A DNA stretch of 64,000 bases from positions 930,001 to 994,000 of the forward strand of contig NC_043009.1 in NCBI RefSeq assembly GCF_006345805.1, in the 5' to 3' direction. The stretch comes from Octopus sinensis. Taxonomy: Eukaryota. Shown in pieces: positions 12,401 through 26,200 of this stretch. A program made the position numbers and the translations under genes. The notes beneath the pieces are model-generated. The model had not been told where the DNA came from. It did no database searches and saw nothing but the letters and a program-made list of their open reading frames with translations. Position 1 is the first letter of the stretch; each line of letters starts with the position of its first letter.

Positions 12401-14143
12401 GAGGTTTGCACTCCCTGAATGCTCTAGTTTATTTTATTCGTTTCAGTTGTGACTGTGGCCATGCTGGAGTACTGCCTTGAAGGATTGTAGCCAAACAAAT
12501 CGACCCTGGGACCTATTTTTTAGGTCTAGTATTTATTCTATCAATCTATTTTGCTGAACTGCTAGTTACGGGGATGTAAACACACCAACACTGGTTGTTA
12601 AGCAATGATGGGGTGGTCAAATACAGACACATACACACAGATATATATATATATAAGGGCTTCTTTCAGTTTTCTCTACCAAATCTATTCACAAGGCTTT
12701 GGTCAGCCTGAGGCAATAGAAGACACTTGCCCAAGGTGCCATGCAGTAGTACTGAACCTGGAACCATGTGGTTGAGAAGAAAGCTTCTTATCACACCACC
12801 ATGCCTGCACCTATTAGTCTACCTTTTATCTTTTACATGTATCAGTCATTAGACTGTGGCCATGCTGGGGCATCACCTTGAAAAATATTTAGTCAAACAA
12901 ATTGACCCCAGAGCTTCTTTTATTTTCCAAAGTCTGGCACTTATTTTATTGGTCCCGATTGCCAAAGAACTCAGGGGACATAAACAAACCAACATAAAGA
13001 GGCATACGCATACACAAAGACATACACAAACAACATATACAACAGTCTTCCATACAGTCTCTGTCTACCAAATTCACTCACAAGGCATTGGTCAGCCCAG
13101 GTCTATAGAAGACACTTACTCAAAGCACCACCTACTGGGATTGAACCCAAAGCCATACGCTTACAAAAGAAAACATTTTTTTCATCACACAGCCATACCT
13201 GCACCGAAAACATTACAATATACAATACACATTTGTGACGTGTGTAGAGAGCTGAAGTTATTTTTATGCATAGGGTGTGTGCATTAGTAAACCATGTCGT
13301 GCATTAAATACATAAAAGAGTTTCATACTCTCTCGGAAATGACATTGTCAAGTCAGATTAATAATCTGACACTTAGATATTACCATGAAACCATATTCTG
13401 GGTGTAATAATTTCATTTCTGGGAGGCAGTGGGGAGGTGTATTTGTTTGGTCCGGGGTGGCATCCCAACCTTTTTTGCTGAACACCCAAAAGCCTTGGAT
13501 ATTCACTATTAGGTTGGTGCATAATTATTGCGGCTTTTATCCAACAATTTTTATTCAACAAAAACAATAACAAAAACATCTTTAAATGATTATTCTGGAG
13601 CATATTCACCATTCACTTCAATTACTGCTTCCCATTTGCTTGGCAGACAGTCGGACCATCATTTAAAGATGTTTTTGTTGAAAAAAAAGCTGCAATAATT
13701 CTGCACCAACTTCCTCCAACTTTCATTCCCTTCTTATTTTATTTAGTTTACAACAGAAGGTGTGTGTGGGGCTTAGTGGTTAGGGCTACCTGACACATGA
13801 TCAGAAGGCTGTGAGTTTGATTCCCAGCATTGCATTCTGTTCTTTATTTCATGTTGCTCCAGTCTCCACTCAGCTGGCAAAAATGAATCGTACCTGTAAT
13901 TCACCAGGGGCCAGCCAGCCTTGCCACGTTCTGTGTCCCATGCTGAATCTCACTAACAACTACATTAACTGTACGGCTGTTCTGTGGAATGCTCAGCCAT
14001 TTGCTTGTTAATTTCACAAGCAGGCTGTTCTGTTAATCACATCAACTGGAACCTTTGTCCTTGTAATTGATGGTGTCTTAGCTAATTTACAGATAAAAAT
14101 CTAATAGTATTTAATAATCTATACATATAAGGCTGAAGTTGTG

Positions 14144-14174
<31 letters not shown>

Positions 14175-17100
14175 ATGTGTGGCAGGTTTGGTAGCCTTCA
14201 ACTACCACTATCTCCTCCAAGACCTTGCAGTGCAAGTTGACCAAAATTCAGAGTACGATAGAAGAAGGCTTGCTCTTCATTCTGTAGAAGAAAAAATTCA
14301 AATTGGACCATGTTAAGACCAAAATTTATTTACATCAAAAAGGTGCTTTTTTTTCTATGAAAATCCTTATTTTTTAACAATTTTTTCACTGCTGTGTTGC
14401 CATTTTTCGGTGTATTTCAACCAGAAAAATGTTCGCTTAAAGAGAATAACAAGCTACATAATGCAAAATTTTTACTTTTCAAAAAAGATTGAAACTATGT
14501 TAAAACTTTGTTAATGCGACATCAAAGTCTGACATTTTAAGTGCAACTAAAAAACAAACCTGAGCAACGTCGGGCTATACTGCTAGTAATAAATACTAGT
14601 AAAAATTTATTATATCATCATCTTAAATTTTTTATGAATATAATAATAGCACAAATTTAAAACTAATGCATCGTTCATTGTTCCCTTCATAGTTTTTAAC
14701 ATCCTCTGAAGGTGAAATATGAATAGGAGTGAAGGATAAAGACCCTTCCCAAGTCATATAGACTCATAGCACTGGTTTCTTGGTTTCCATGGTGTATATA
14801 TTGCCCATCCCCTGGACGGGATGCCAGTCCATTGCAGCATTATGCATTTTTGCCAGCTGAGTGAACGGGAGCAAAGTAAAATGAAGTGTTTTGCTCAAGA
14901 ACCCAACGCATTGCCCAGTAGCAGAATCGAAACCACAATCTTACAATCATGAGTGCAATACACTAACCACTTAGCCACGTGGCTCCAGTGAAATACAATC
15001 TCCTTTGGGAACCACTCGTCTGGAAAAAGGTGTAGTACCCATGACTTTTTTAGGCTGCCTGAGACTGGTAAGATTCATGCATTTAACATTCAAATCAAAT
15101 TCTACTCCGAAACAGGTGTAGAGAATTGCAGAGGGGCCAGCATCTTCAAAAGACCAGGAGTAATACTGCAGGGGTGGGGGGGTGACAAGAAGAGGTGCAG
15201 AGACAAAAGAGTCAGGAGAGCTTAGTGAAGGTGGGACAAGCCTAACCAACCCAATAGAGTAGAGGCTGCAATAGTAAAGGTAGAAAAGGCAGAGGGAGGA
15301 GACACAGTACGTCTGTGGGTCAGAGTTTAGAGTGTTTTAATCAGTCGAGCAGCCTCTTTCTCACTGAATGCAATCTAGGAAATGTGTGTGTGTTTCAGTG
15401 TGTAGTAACAGCAGCATCCCACAGCATGGAAACAGTATTCTGTTGTGGATCATAACTGAACTTTGAAGTGACTAAACACATGCATAGACTTCTCACTTGA
15501 TTATCCATGCCAGTACTCTACATAAATACACACACACAATCACAAAATTACATACACACACAAAGTTTGAATTATAATAATTATTTCTACTTGAAAATTT
15601 TGTGGGGTGGGGTGGGGCTAAGTGATTACATCAACCCCAGTGCATAACTGGTACTTATTTCGTCAACCTCGAAAGGATGAAAGGCAAAGTCAACCTCCAA
15701 GGAATTTGAACTCAGAACATCATGGCAGATAAAATACTGCTAAGCATTTTGCCCGGTGTGCTAATTATTCTGCCAGCTCACTGCCTTAGTCTGAATTATA
15801 ATAATGGTTTCAAATTTTGGCACCAGGCCAGTAAGTTTAGGGGAGCGGTTTTTGTTGTTTATATGAACAACCGTGCCCCCAGCTCTTAGGTGGTACTTAT
15901 TGTATCTACCTTGAAAGGATGAAAGGCAATGTCAAACTCAGCAAGATTTGAACTCAGAACATAAAGAGCCAGAAAAAATACCACTGAACATTTTGTCTGG
16001 CACCATAACAATTCGGTCAGCTCACCATTTTAACAGAACTTGTAATCATTATTTTCTTCCAAATGTCATAATTTGAAACATAGTGTGTGGTTAAAAAGTT
16101 TGTGTTGGCAACTATGTGGTTTTGGGTTCAGTCCCACAGCCTGGCAGCTTGGGTAAGTACCTTCTAATATGGCCCCAGGCTAACCAATGTTTTGTAAGTG
16201 GATTTGGCAGATGGAAATTGTGTGGAAGTCCATCATATAAATAGACACACACACACATATGTGTGTGCATATGTGTGGTTTGTTTATGTCACCGTGACTA
16301 AGCAATTCGGCAAGAGTGACCAACAAAATAAGTATCAGATTTTTAAAAATTATATGTGTATGGACGAGGACAGCTGCGTATGGATAAGGGCAGCTGTGTA
16401 TGGATGAGAACAGCTGCATATGGACGAGAACAGCAGCATATGGATGAGGGCATCTGTGTATGGATGAGGACTGATGTGTAAAGAAGTGCTGATCTTTAAC
16501 TATGGAGTGAACCTGTAAAAGAGGAAGACATGGGACAAGGTGGTGAACCATAATATTTGAACATTGAGCCTCATGGAGATGATGACAAACGACTGAGCCC
16601 TTTGGTGATATGCCGTGCTCGAGAAGACTCGTCAAGCCAATTGAAATCATAGTTGTAGGCAATGCCAGTGTCAAGTAAAAAGCAGCCATTACACTCTTGA
16701 AATGGTTGGTGTTAGGAAAGGCATTCAGCCATAGAAACCCTGGCAAATCAGACTGGAACTTGGTGCAGCTCTGGCTCACCATTTCCAGTCAAACCATCTA
16801 ACCCATGCAAGCATGGAAAGCAGACGCTAAATGATGAGGATGATGATGGTAAGGACTGGGGACAGTTTGTTTGACTAAACCCTTCAAGGCAGTGCTCCAG
16901 CATGGCCACAGGCCAACGACTGAGATAAGTAACAGGAAAAGTAGCCACAGAAGTAAAACATAATGTTGGATTTAGACCTGGATCTTTAATCCCACCATGC
17001 CAACCACCTTTGAATATTGACAAACAGAGAGTTGTCTACATGCTTGTTAGACTAGTTAGGAATATTTGCCAAACACCTTTAAACAGCACCCAACTATCTT

Positions 17101-17208
17101 TTTAAAAAGAAGGGTCACAGTGGATAATGTTATCCAGGGTACACAATGCCTGAAGAAAGAAAGTAGATGCACAATTAGAGCTAACCTGGGCTTTCTGTAT
17201 GCTTGTGT

Positions 17209-17262
<54 letters not shown>

Positions 17263-20200
17263 GCTCTGTGCCCATACATGTATGTGACCATGCTAGCATA
17301 GAAAGTGGATGTTAAACGATGAGGATGATGATGATGGTGATAATGTGTGTATCTGTACCTTTGTGTGGGTGTCTGTGTGTATATGTGTTTGGCTGTGTGT
17401 ATGTGCATGTGTGTTTGAGTGTCTGTGCATGTTTGCATGCACGTGTGTGTGAAGTGTATGTGTATATGCTTGTGTGCATACGAGTGTGTATGTGTTCATG
17501 TTGTCAATGTAGATATGTACATGTCTGTGCAGCTGTGTCCAAGTGTGTGCATATGCATGTGTGTGCATGTGACTGCAAGTGTGTATGCGTATGCATGTGA
17601 GTGTGTGTGTGTATGCATGTGAGTGTGTGCGTGTGTGTGCATGTTTGTATAAACAATAAAAACAAAAAACAGCATGAGCATTACCTTGAATTTTTATGGT
17701 TGTTGGACCCGCAGACCCTGAAGTATTTTTCTGTGCAGCTCCGGTCAATAAGTTGCCAACTGACACCATTTGTGGACCGGAGACAAGTCTCGCAACCATG
17801 GGCGTGGCAGTAGTCGCAGTTGACACCGAGGTTCGGTTGGCTGTACTGAGAATGGTTTGTCCAGTCATCAGGGACTTACTACTATTCACACAAACAGCCG
17901 ACGTCACGTTGTGCTGTTGGTAAGGTAATAATTCCGGCTTGGATGTTATCACAACGGTAGCTTGGTGCAGTGAAGAGCCAGATACTGCCCCGCCAGATTT
18001 GGTCACTATCTGACCAGGCAAAAGGTTCAAAGAGACCGGTTTGGCAGTGGCGGTCGAAGTCCGTACCTGGCTAGCAACGGCGGGTGAGCCACTAGTTCCT
18101 GTGGCTTGAGAAGGCACGATGGCAAAAGTCAAAGGTTTCGACAAAGTCGACGCTGACGCTGCTATGGTTCCTTGCACATGCGTTCCGGAAGCTTGCGTCT
18201 GTGCTTTCGTAATTTCAGAAATTGGTATGGTGGTCAGAGTGCCGCTATTACCAATACTGGTCACCGAGTTGCTGCTACCAATGCTTGGCGCTTGAGCAAG
18301 ACTAAGATTAATCGTTGCAGGTTTAGCTGCACTCAGATTAGATTTTGGGCTTCCTTGTAAAGTTCGCGTTGTACTTGTAGCTACACGTGCATTTTGTGTG
18401 GGTTTGGGGGCCCTTGAGACCACGAGGTTTGGCATCGTAGGGATAACAGGTTCTTCAGGGTGTGCTGTACTGTCAGAGCTAGATACTGTGATGGAAGGCG
18501 AGGACTTTGAATTCTGTGCAGTTGATGATGATGCTGTTGTTATTGCTGTACTTGTAGGAACCATTTCTTTAGATTTCTGAAAAGAAGAAAAAAAAAGATA
18601 AGATTATATATTCTATCTTGTTGTACCCCAATCTTACATCTCTTCTTTTCTCTCTCTCTTTATTTCTTTCTCTCACCTTCCAGGTGAGTAAGCTATGTAT
18701 TCACCTCTTCAGCAAAACATCTGCTCCTCTCCCTCTATCATAGTTTCTTATTCCTCTAGTCTATACCCAGCTTAGTTGATGAAATTTTATCTTGCAAGCA
18801 CTTGGTGACCTCACCAGTACTGGTGCCACATAAAAAGCAATCAGTACACTCTGTTAACTGGTTGGCATTAGGAAGGGCATCCAGCTCTAAAAGCTATGCC
18901 AAAGTAGACACCTTCCCAAGCTTTTTGGCTTATTTGTGCTTGTCAAACTGTCCAACCCATGCCAGCATGAAAAAAAGGGCATGATGATGATTGATTGATT
19001 GATACATACATACATATTTATACACACACACACACATACACACACACACATAACATTGATAAATATTACCTTTTGGTATTAATAATGCTTCTGTTGCAAT
19101 TATTAAAAAAAAATAATTTTGTGTCATGAGGGCAAAGGGCCGATACCTTTGGCAATATGTCATGTAGGAGACACCTGTGCCAGTGGCACGTTGGGCCTCA
19201 AGGAGGTGATGAGTGACTGATACCTTTGGCAATATGTCATGCTTGAGAAGACCCGTCAAACCAAGTGAAACTGTAGACGCAGCTGATGCTGGTGTCACGT
19301 AGGAGACACCTGTGCCAGTGGCACGTTGGGCCTCAAGGAGGTGATGAGTGACTGATACCTTTGGCAATATGTCATGCTTGAGAAGACCCGTCAAACCAAG
19401 TGAAAATGTAGACGCAGCTGATGCTGGTGTCACGTGGGAGACACCTGTGCCAGTGGCACGTTGGGCCTCAAGGAGGTGATGAGTGACTGTTACCTTTGGC
19501 AATATGTCATGCTTGAGAAGACCCGTCAAACCAAGTGAAACTGTAGACGCAGCTGATGCTGGTGTCACGTAGGAGACACCTGTGCCAGTGGCACGTTGAG
19601 CCTCAAGGAGGTGATGAGTGACTGATACCTTTCGCAATATGTCATGCTTGAGAAGACCCGTCAAACAAAGTGAAACTGTAGACGCAGCTGATGCTGGTGT
19701 CACGTGGGAGACACCTGTGCCAGTGGCACGTTGGACCTCAAGAAGGTGATAAGTGACTGATACCTTTGGCAATATGTCATGCTTGAGAAGACCCGTCAAA
19801 CCAAGTGAAACTGTAGACGCAGCTGATGCTGGTGTCACGTACGAGACACCTGTGCCAGTGGCACGTTGGGCCTCAAGAAGGTGATAAGTGACTGATACCT
19901 TTGGCAATATGTCATGCTTGAGAAGACCCGTCAAACCAAGTGAAACTGTAGACGCAGCTGATGCTGGTGTCACGTGGGAGACACCTGTGCCAGTGGCACG
20001 TTGGACCTCAAGAAGGTGATAAGTGACTGATACCTTTGGCAATATGTCATGCTTGAGAAGACCCGTCAAACCAAGTGAAACTGTAGACGCAGCTGATGCT
20101 GGTGTCACGTAGGAGACACCTGTGCCAGTGGCACGTTGAGCCTCAAGGAGGTGATGAGTGACTGATACCTTTCGCAATATGTCATGCTTGAGAAGACCCG

Positions 20201-23200
20201 TCAAACCAAGTGAAACTGTAGACGCAGCTGATGCTGGTGTCACGTGGGAGACACCTGTGCCAGTGGCACGTTGGACCTCAAGAAGGTGATAAGTGACTGA
20301 TACCTTTGGCAATATGTCATGCTTGAGAAGACCCGTCAAACCAAGTGAAACTGTAGACGCAGCTGATGCTGGTGTCACGTACGAGACACCTGTGCCAGTG
20401 GCACGTTGGGCCTCAAGAAGGTGATAAGTGACTGATACCTTTGGCAATATGTCATGCTTGAGACGACCCGTCAAACCAAGTGAAACTGTAGACGCAGCTG
20501 ATGCTGGTGTCACGTGGGAGACACCTGTGCCAGTGGCACGTTGGGCCTCAAGAAGGTGATAAATGACTGATACCTTTGGCAATATGTCGTGCTTGAGAAG
20601 ACCCGTCAAACCAAGTGAAACTGTAGACGCAGCTGATGCTGGTGTCACGTGGGAGACACCTGTGCCAGTGACACGTTGGGCCTCAAGGAGGTGATGAGTG
20701 ACTGATACCTTTGGCAATATGTCATGCTTGAGAAGACCCGTCAAACCAAGTGAAACTGTAGACGCAGCTGATGCTGGTGTCACGTAGGAGACACCTGTGC
20801 CAGTGACACGTTGGGCCTCAAGGAGGTGATGAGTGACTGATACTTTGGCAATATGTCATGCTTGAGAAGACCCGTCAAACCAAGTGAAACTGTAGACGCA
20901 GCTGATGCTGGTGTCACGTAGGAGACACCTGTGCCAGTGGCACGTTGGGCCTCGAGGAGGTGATGAGTGACTGATACCTTTGGCAATATGTCATGCTTGA
21001 GAAGACCCGTCAAACCAAGTGAAACTGTAGACGCAGCTGATGCTGGTGTCACGTAGGAGACCTGTGCCAGTGGCACGTTGGGCCTCAAGGAGGTGATGAG
21101 TGACTGATACCTTTGGCAATATGTCATGCTTGAGAAGACCCGTCAAACCAAGTGAAACTGTAGACGCAGCTGATGCTGGTGTCACGTATGAGACACCTGT
21201 GCCAGTGGCACGTTGAGCCTCAAGGAGGTGATGAGTGACTGATACCTTTGGCAATATGTCATGCTTGAGAAGACCCGTCAAACCAAGTGAAACTGTAGAC
21301 GCAGCTGATGCTGGTGTCACATGGGAGACACCTGTGCCAGTGGCACGTTGAGCCTCAAGGAGGTGATGAGTGACTGATACCATTGGCAATATGTCATGCT
21401 TGAGAAGACCCGTCAAACCAAGTGAAACTGTAGACGCAGCTGATGCTGGTGTCACGTATGAGACACCTGTGCCAGTGACACGTTGGGCCTCAAGGAGGTG
21501 ATGAGTGACTGATACCTTTGGCAATATGTCATGCTTGAGAAGACCCGTCAAACCAAGTGAAACTGTAGACGCAGCTGATGCTGGTGTCACGTAGGAGACA
21601 CCTGTGCCAGTGGCACGTTGGGCCTCGAGGAGGTGATGAGTGACTGATACCTTTGGCAATATGTCATGCTTGAGAAGACCCGTCAAACCAAGTGAAACTG
21701 TAGACGCAGCTGATGCTGGTGTCACGTGGGAGACACCTGTGCCAGTGGCACGTTGGGCCTCAAGGAGGTGATGAGTGACTGATACCTTTGGCAATATGTC
21801 ATGCTTGAGAAGACCCGTCAAACCAAGTGAAACTGTAGACACAGCTGATGTTGGTGTCACGTAGGAGACACCTGTGCCAGTGGGACGTTGGGCTTCAAGG
21901 AGGTGATGAGTGACTGATACCTTTGGCAATATGTCATGCTTGAGAAGACCCGTCAAACCAAGTGAAACTGTAGACGCAGCTGATGCTGGTGTCACGTGGG
22001 AGACACCTGTGCCAGTGGAACGTTGGGCCTCAAGAAGGTGATAAGTGACTGATACCTTTGGCAATATGTCATGCTTGAGAAGACCCGTCAAACCAAGTGA
22101 AACTGTAGACGCAGCTGATGCTGGTGTCACGTGGGAGACACCTGTGCCAGTGGCACGTTGGGCCTCAAGGAGGTGATGAGTGACTGATACCTTTGGCAAT
22201 ATGTCATGCTTGAGAAGACCCGTCAAACCAAGTGAAACTGTAGACGCAGCTGATGCTGGTGTCACGTGGGAGACACCTGTGCCAGTGGCACGTTGGGCCT
22301 CAAGGAGGTGATGAGTGACTGATACCTTTGGCAATATGTCATGCTTGAGAAGACCCGTCAAACCAAGTGAAACTGTAGACGCAGCTGATGCTGGTGTCAC
22401 GTAGGAGACACCTGTGCCAGTGGCACGTTGAGCCTCAAGGAGGTGATGAGTGACTGATACCTTTGGCAATATGTCATGCTTGAGGAGACCCGTCAAACCA
22501 AATGAAACTGTAGACGCAGCTGATGCTGGTGTCACGTAAGAGACACCTGTGCCAGTGGCACGTTGAGCCTCAAGGAGGTGATTAGTGACTGATACCTTTG
22601 GCAATATGTCATGCTTGAGAAGACCCGTCAAACCAAGTGAAACTGTAGACGCAGCTGATGCTGGTGTCACGTAAGAGACACCTGTGCCAGTGGCACGTTG
22701 AGCCTCAAGGAGGTGATGAGTGACTGATACCTTTGGCAATATGTCATGCTTGAGAAGACCCGTCAAACCAAGTGAAACTGTAGACGCAGCTGATGCTGGT
22801 GTCACGTGGGAGACACCTTTGCCAGTGGCACGTTGGGCCTCAAAGAGGTGATAAGTGACTGATACCTTTGGCAATATGTCATGCTTGAGAAGACCCGTCA
22901 AACCAAGTGAAACTGTAGACGCAGCTGATGCTGGTGTCACGTAGGAGACACCTGTGCCAGTGGCACGTTGGGCCTCAAGGAGGTGATGAGTGACTGATAC
23001 CTTTGGCAATATGTCATGCTTGAGAAGACCCGTCAAACCAAGTGAAACTGTAGACGCAGCTGATGCTGGTGTCACGTGGGAGACACCTGTGCCAGTGGCA
23101 CGTTGGGCCTCAAGAAGGTGATAAGTGACTGATACCTTTGGCAATATGTCATGCTTGAGAAGACCCGTCAAACCAAGTGAAACTGTAGACGCAGCTGATG

Positions 23201-26200
23201 CTGGTGTCACGTGGGAGACACCTGTGCCAGTGGCACGTTGGGCCTCAAGAAGGTGATAAGTGACTGATACCTTGGCAATATGTCATGCTTGAGAAGATGT
23301 CATGCTTGAGAAGACCCGTCAAACCAAGTGAAACTGTAGACGCAGCTGATGCTGGTGTCACGTAGGAGACACCTGTGCCAGTGGGACGTTGAGCCTCAAG
23401 GAGGTGATAAGTGACTGATACCTTTGGCAATATGTCATGCTTGAGAAGACCCGTCAAACAAGTGAAACTGTAGACGCAGCTGATGCTGGTGTCACGTAGG
23501 AGACACCTGTGCCAGTGGCACGTTGAGCCTCAAGGAGGTGATGAGTGACTGATACCTTTGGCAATATGTCATGCTTGAGAAGACCCGTCAAACCAAGTGA
23601 AACTGTAGACGCAGCTGATGCTGGTGTCACGTAGGAGACACCTGTGCCAGTGGCACGTTGAGCCTCAAGGAGGTGATGAGTGACTGATACCTTTGGCAAT
23701 ATGTCATGCTTGAGAAGACCCGTCAAACCAAGTGAAACTGTAGACGCAGCTGATGCTGGTGTCACGTACGAGACACCTGTGCCAGTGGCACGTTGGGCCT
23801 CAAGAAGGTGATGAGTGACTGATACCTTTGGCAATATGTCATGCTTGAGAAGACCCATCAAACCAAGTGAAACTGTAGACGCAGCTGATGCTGGTGTCAC
23901 GTAGGAGACACCTGTGCCAGTGGCACGTTGAGCCTCAAGGAGGTGATGAGTGACTGATACCTTTGGCAATATGTCATGCTTGAGAAGACCCGTCAAACCA
24001 AGTGAAACTGTAGACGCAGCTGATGCTGGTGTCACGTAGGAGACACCTGTGCCAGTGGCACGTTGAGCCTCAAGGAGGTGATGAGTGACTGATACCTTTG
24101 GCAATATGTCATGCTTGAGAAGACCCGTCAAACCAAGTGAAACTGTAGACGCAGCTGATGCTGGTGTCACGTAGGAGACACCTGTGCCAGTGGAACGTTG
24201 AGCCTCAAGGAGGTGATGAGTGACTGATACCTTTGGCAATATGTCATGCTTGAGAAGACCCGTCAAACCAAGTGAAACTGTAGACGCAGCTGATGCTGGT
24301 GTCACGTAGGAGACACCTGTGCCAGTGGCACGTTGAGCCTCAAGGAGGTGATGAGTGACTGATACCTTTGGCAATATGTCATGCTTGAGAAGACCCATCA
24401 AACCAAGTGAAACTGTAGACGCAGCTGATGCTGGTGTCACGTAGGAGACACCTGTGCCAGTGGCACGTTGGGCCTCAAGGAGGTGATGAGTGACTGATAC
24501 CTTTGGCAATATGTCATGCTTGAGAAGACCCGTCAAACCAAGTGAAACTGTAGACGCAGCTGATGCTGGTGTCACGTAGGAGACACCTGTGCCAGTGGCA
24601 CGTGGGCCTCAAGGAGGTGATGAGTGACTGATACCTTTGGCAATATGTCATGCTTGAGAAGACCCGTCAAACCAAGTGAAACTGTAGACGCAGCTGATGC
24701 TGGTGTCACGTAGGAGACACCTGTGCCAGTGGCACGTTGGGCCTCAAGGAGGTGATGAGTGACTGATACCTTTGGCAATATGTCATGCTTGAGAAGACCC
24801 GTCAAACCAAGTGAAACTGTAGACGCAGCTGATGCTGGTGTCACGTGGGAGACACCTGTGCCAGTGGCACGTTGGGCCTCAAGGAGGTGATGAGTGACTG
24901 ATACCTTTGGCAATATGTCATGCTTGAGAAGACCCGTCAAACCAAGTGAAACTGTAGACGCAGCTGATGCTGGTGTCACGTAGGAGACACCTGTGCCAGT
25001 GGCACGTTGGGCCTCAAGGAGGTGATGAGTGACTGATACCTTTGGCAATATGTCATGCTTGAGAAGACCCGTCAAACCAAGTGAAACTGTAGACGCAGCT
25101 GATGCTGGTGTCACGTAGGAGACACCTGTGCCAGTGGCACGTTGGGCCTCAAGGAGGTGATGAGTGACTGATACCTTTGGCAATATGTCATGCTTGAGAA
25201 GACCCGTCAAACCAAGTGAAACTGTAGTCGCAGCTGATGCTGGTGTCACGTGGGAGACACCTGTGCCAGTGGCACGTTGGGCCTCAAGGAGGTGATGAGT
25301 GACTGATACCTTTGGCAATATGTCATGCTTGAGAAGACCCGTCAAACCAAGTGAAACTGTAGACGCAGCTGATGCTGGTGTCACGTAGGAGACACCTGTG
25401 CCAGTGGCACGTTGGGCCTCAAGGAGGTGATGAGTGACTGATACCTTTGGCAATATGTCATGCTTGAGAAGACCCGTCAACCAAGTGAAACTGTAGACGC
25501 AGCTGATGCTGGTGTCACGTAGGAGACACCTGTGCCAGTGGCACGTTGGGCCTCAAGGAGGTGATGAGTGACTGATACCTTTGGCAATATGTCATGCTTG
25601 AGAAGACCCGTCAAACCAAGTGAAACTGTAGACGCAGCTGATGCTGGTGTCACGTAGGAGACACCTGTGCCAGTGGCACGTTGGGCCTCAGGAGGTGATG
25701 AGTGACTGATACCTTTGGCAATATGTCATGCTTGAGAAGACCCGTCAAACCAAGTGAAACTGTAGACGCAGCTGATGCTGGTGTCACGTAGGAGACACCT
25801 GTGCCAGTGGCACGTTGGGCCTCAAGGAGGTGATGAGTGACTGATACCTTTCGCAATATGTCATGCTTGAGAAGACCCGTCAAACCAAGTGAAACTGTAG
25901 ACGCAGCTGATGCTGGTGTCACGTAGGAGACACCTGTGCCAGTGGCACGTTGGGCCTCAAGGAGGTGATGAGTGACTGATACCTTTGGCAATATGTCATG
26001 CTTGAGAAGACCCGTCAAACCAAGTGAAACTGTAGACGCAGCTGATGCTGGTGTCACGTAGGAGACACCTGTGCCAGTGGCACGTTGGGCCTCAAAGAGG
26101 TGATAAGTGACTGATACCTTTGGCAATATGTCATGCTTGAGAAGACCCGTCAAACCAAGTGAAACTGTAGACGCAGCTGATGCTGGTGTCACGTAGGAGA

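Noticed and set aside
17066-17681. His/Thr- and Cys/Val-rich ORFs (also near 3300-3900, 32400-32700, 58900-59550)
   Set aside because: They are translations of (CA)n/(TG)n/(TA)n microsatellites.
3918-18576. The long S/T/A/Q-rich NFRKB tail as a novel domain
   Set aside because: A long low-complexity C-terminal region is a known feature of vertebrate NFRKB; divergence here is expected.
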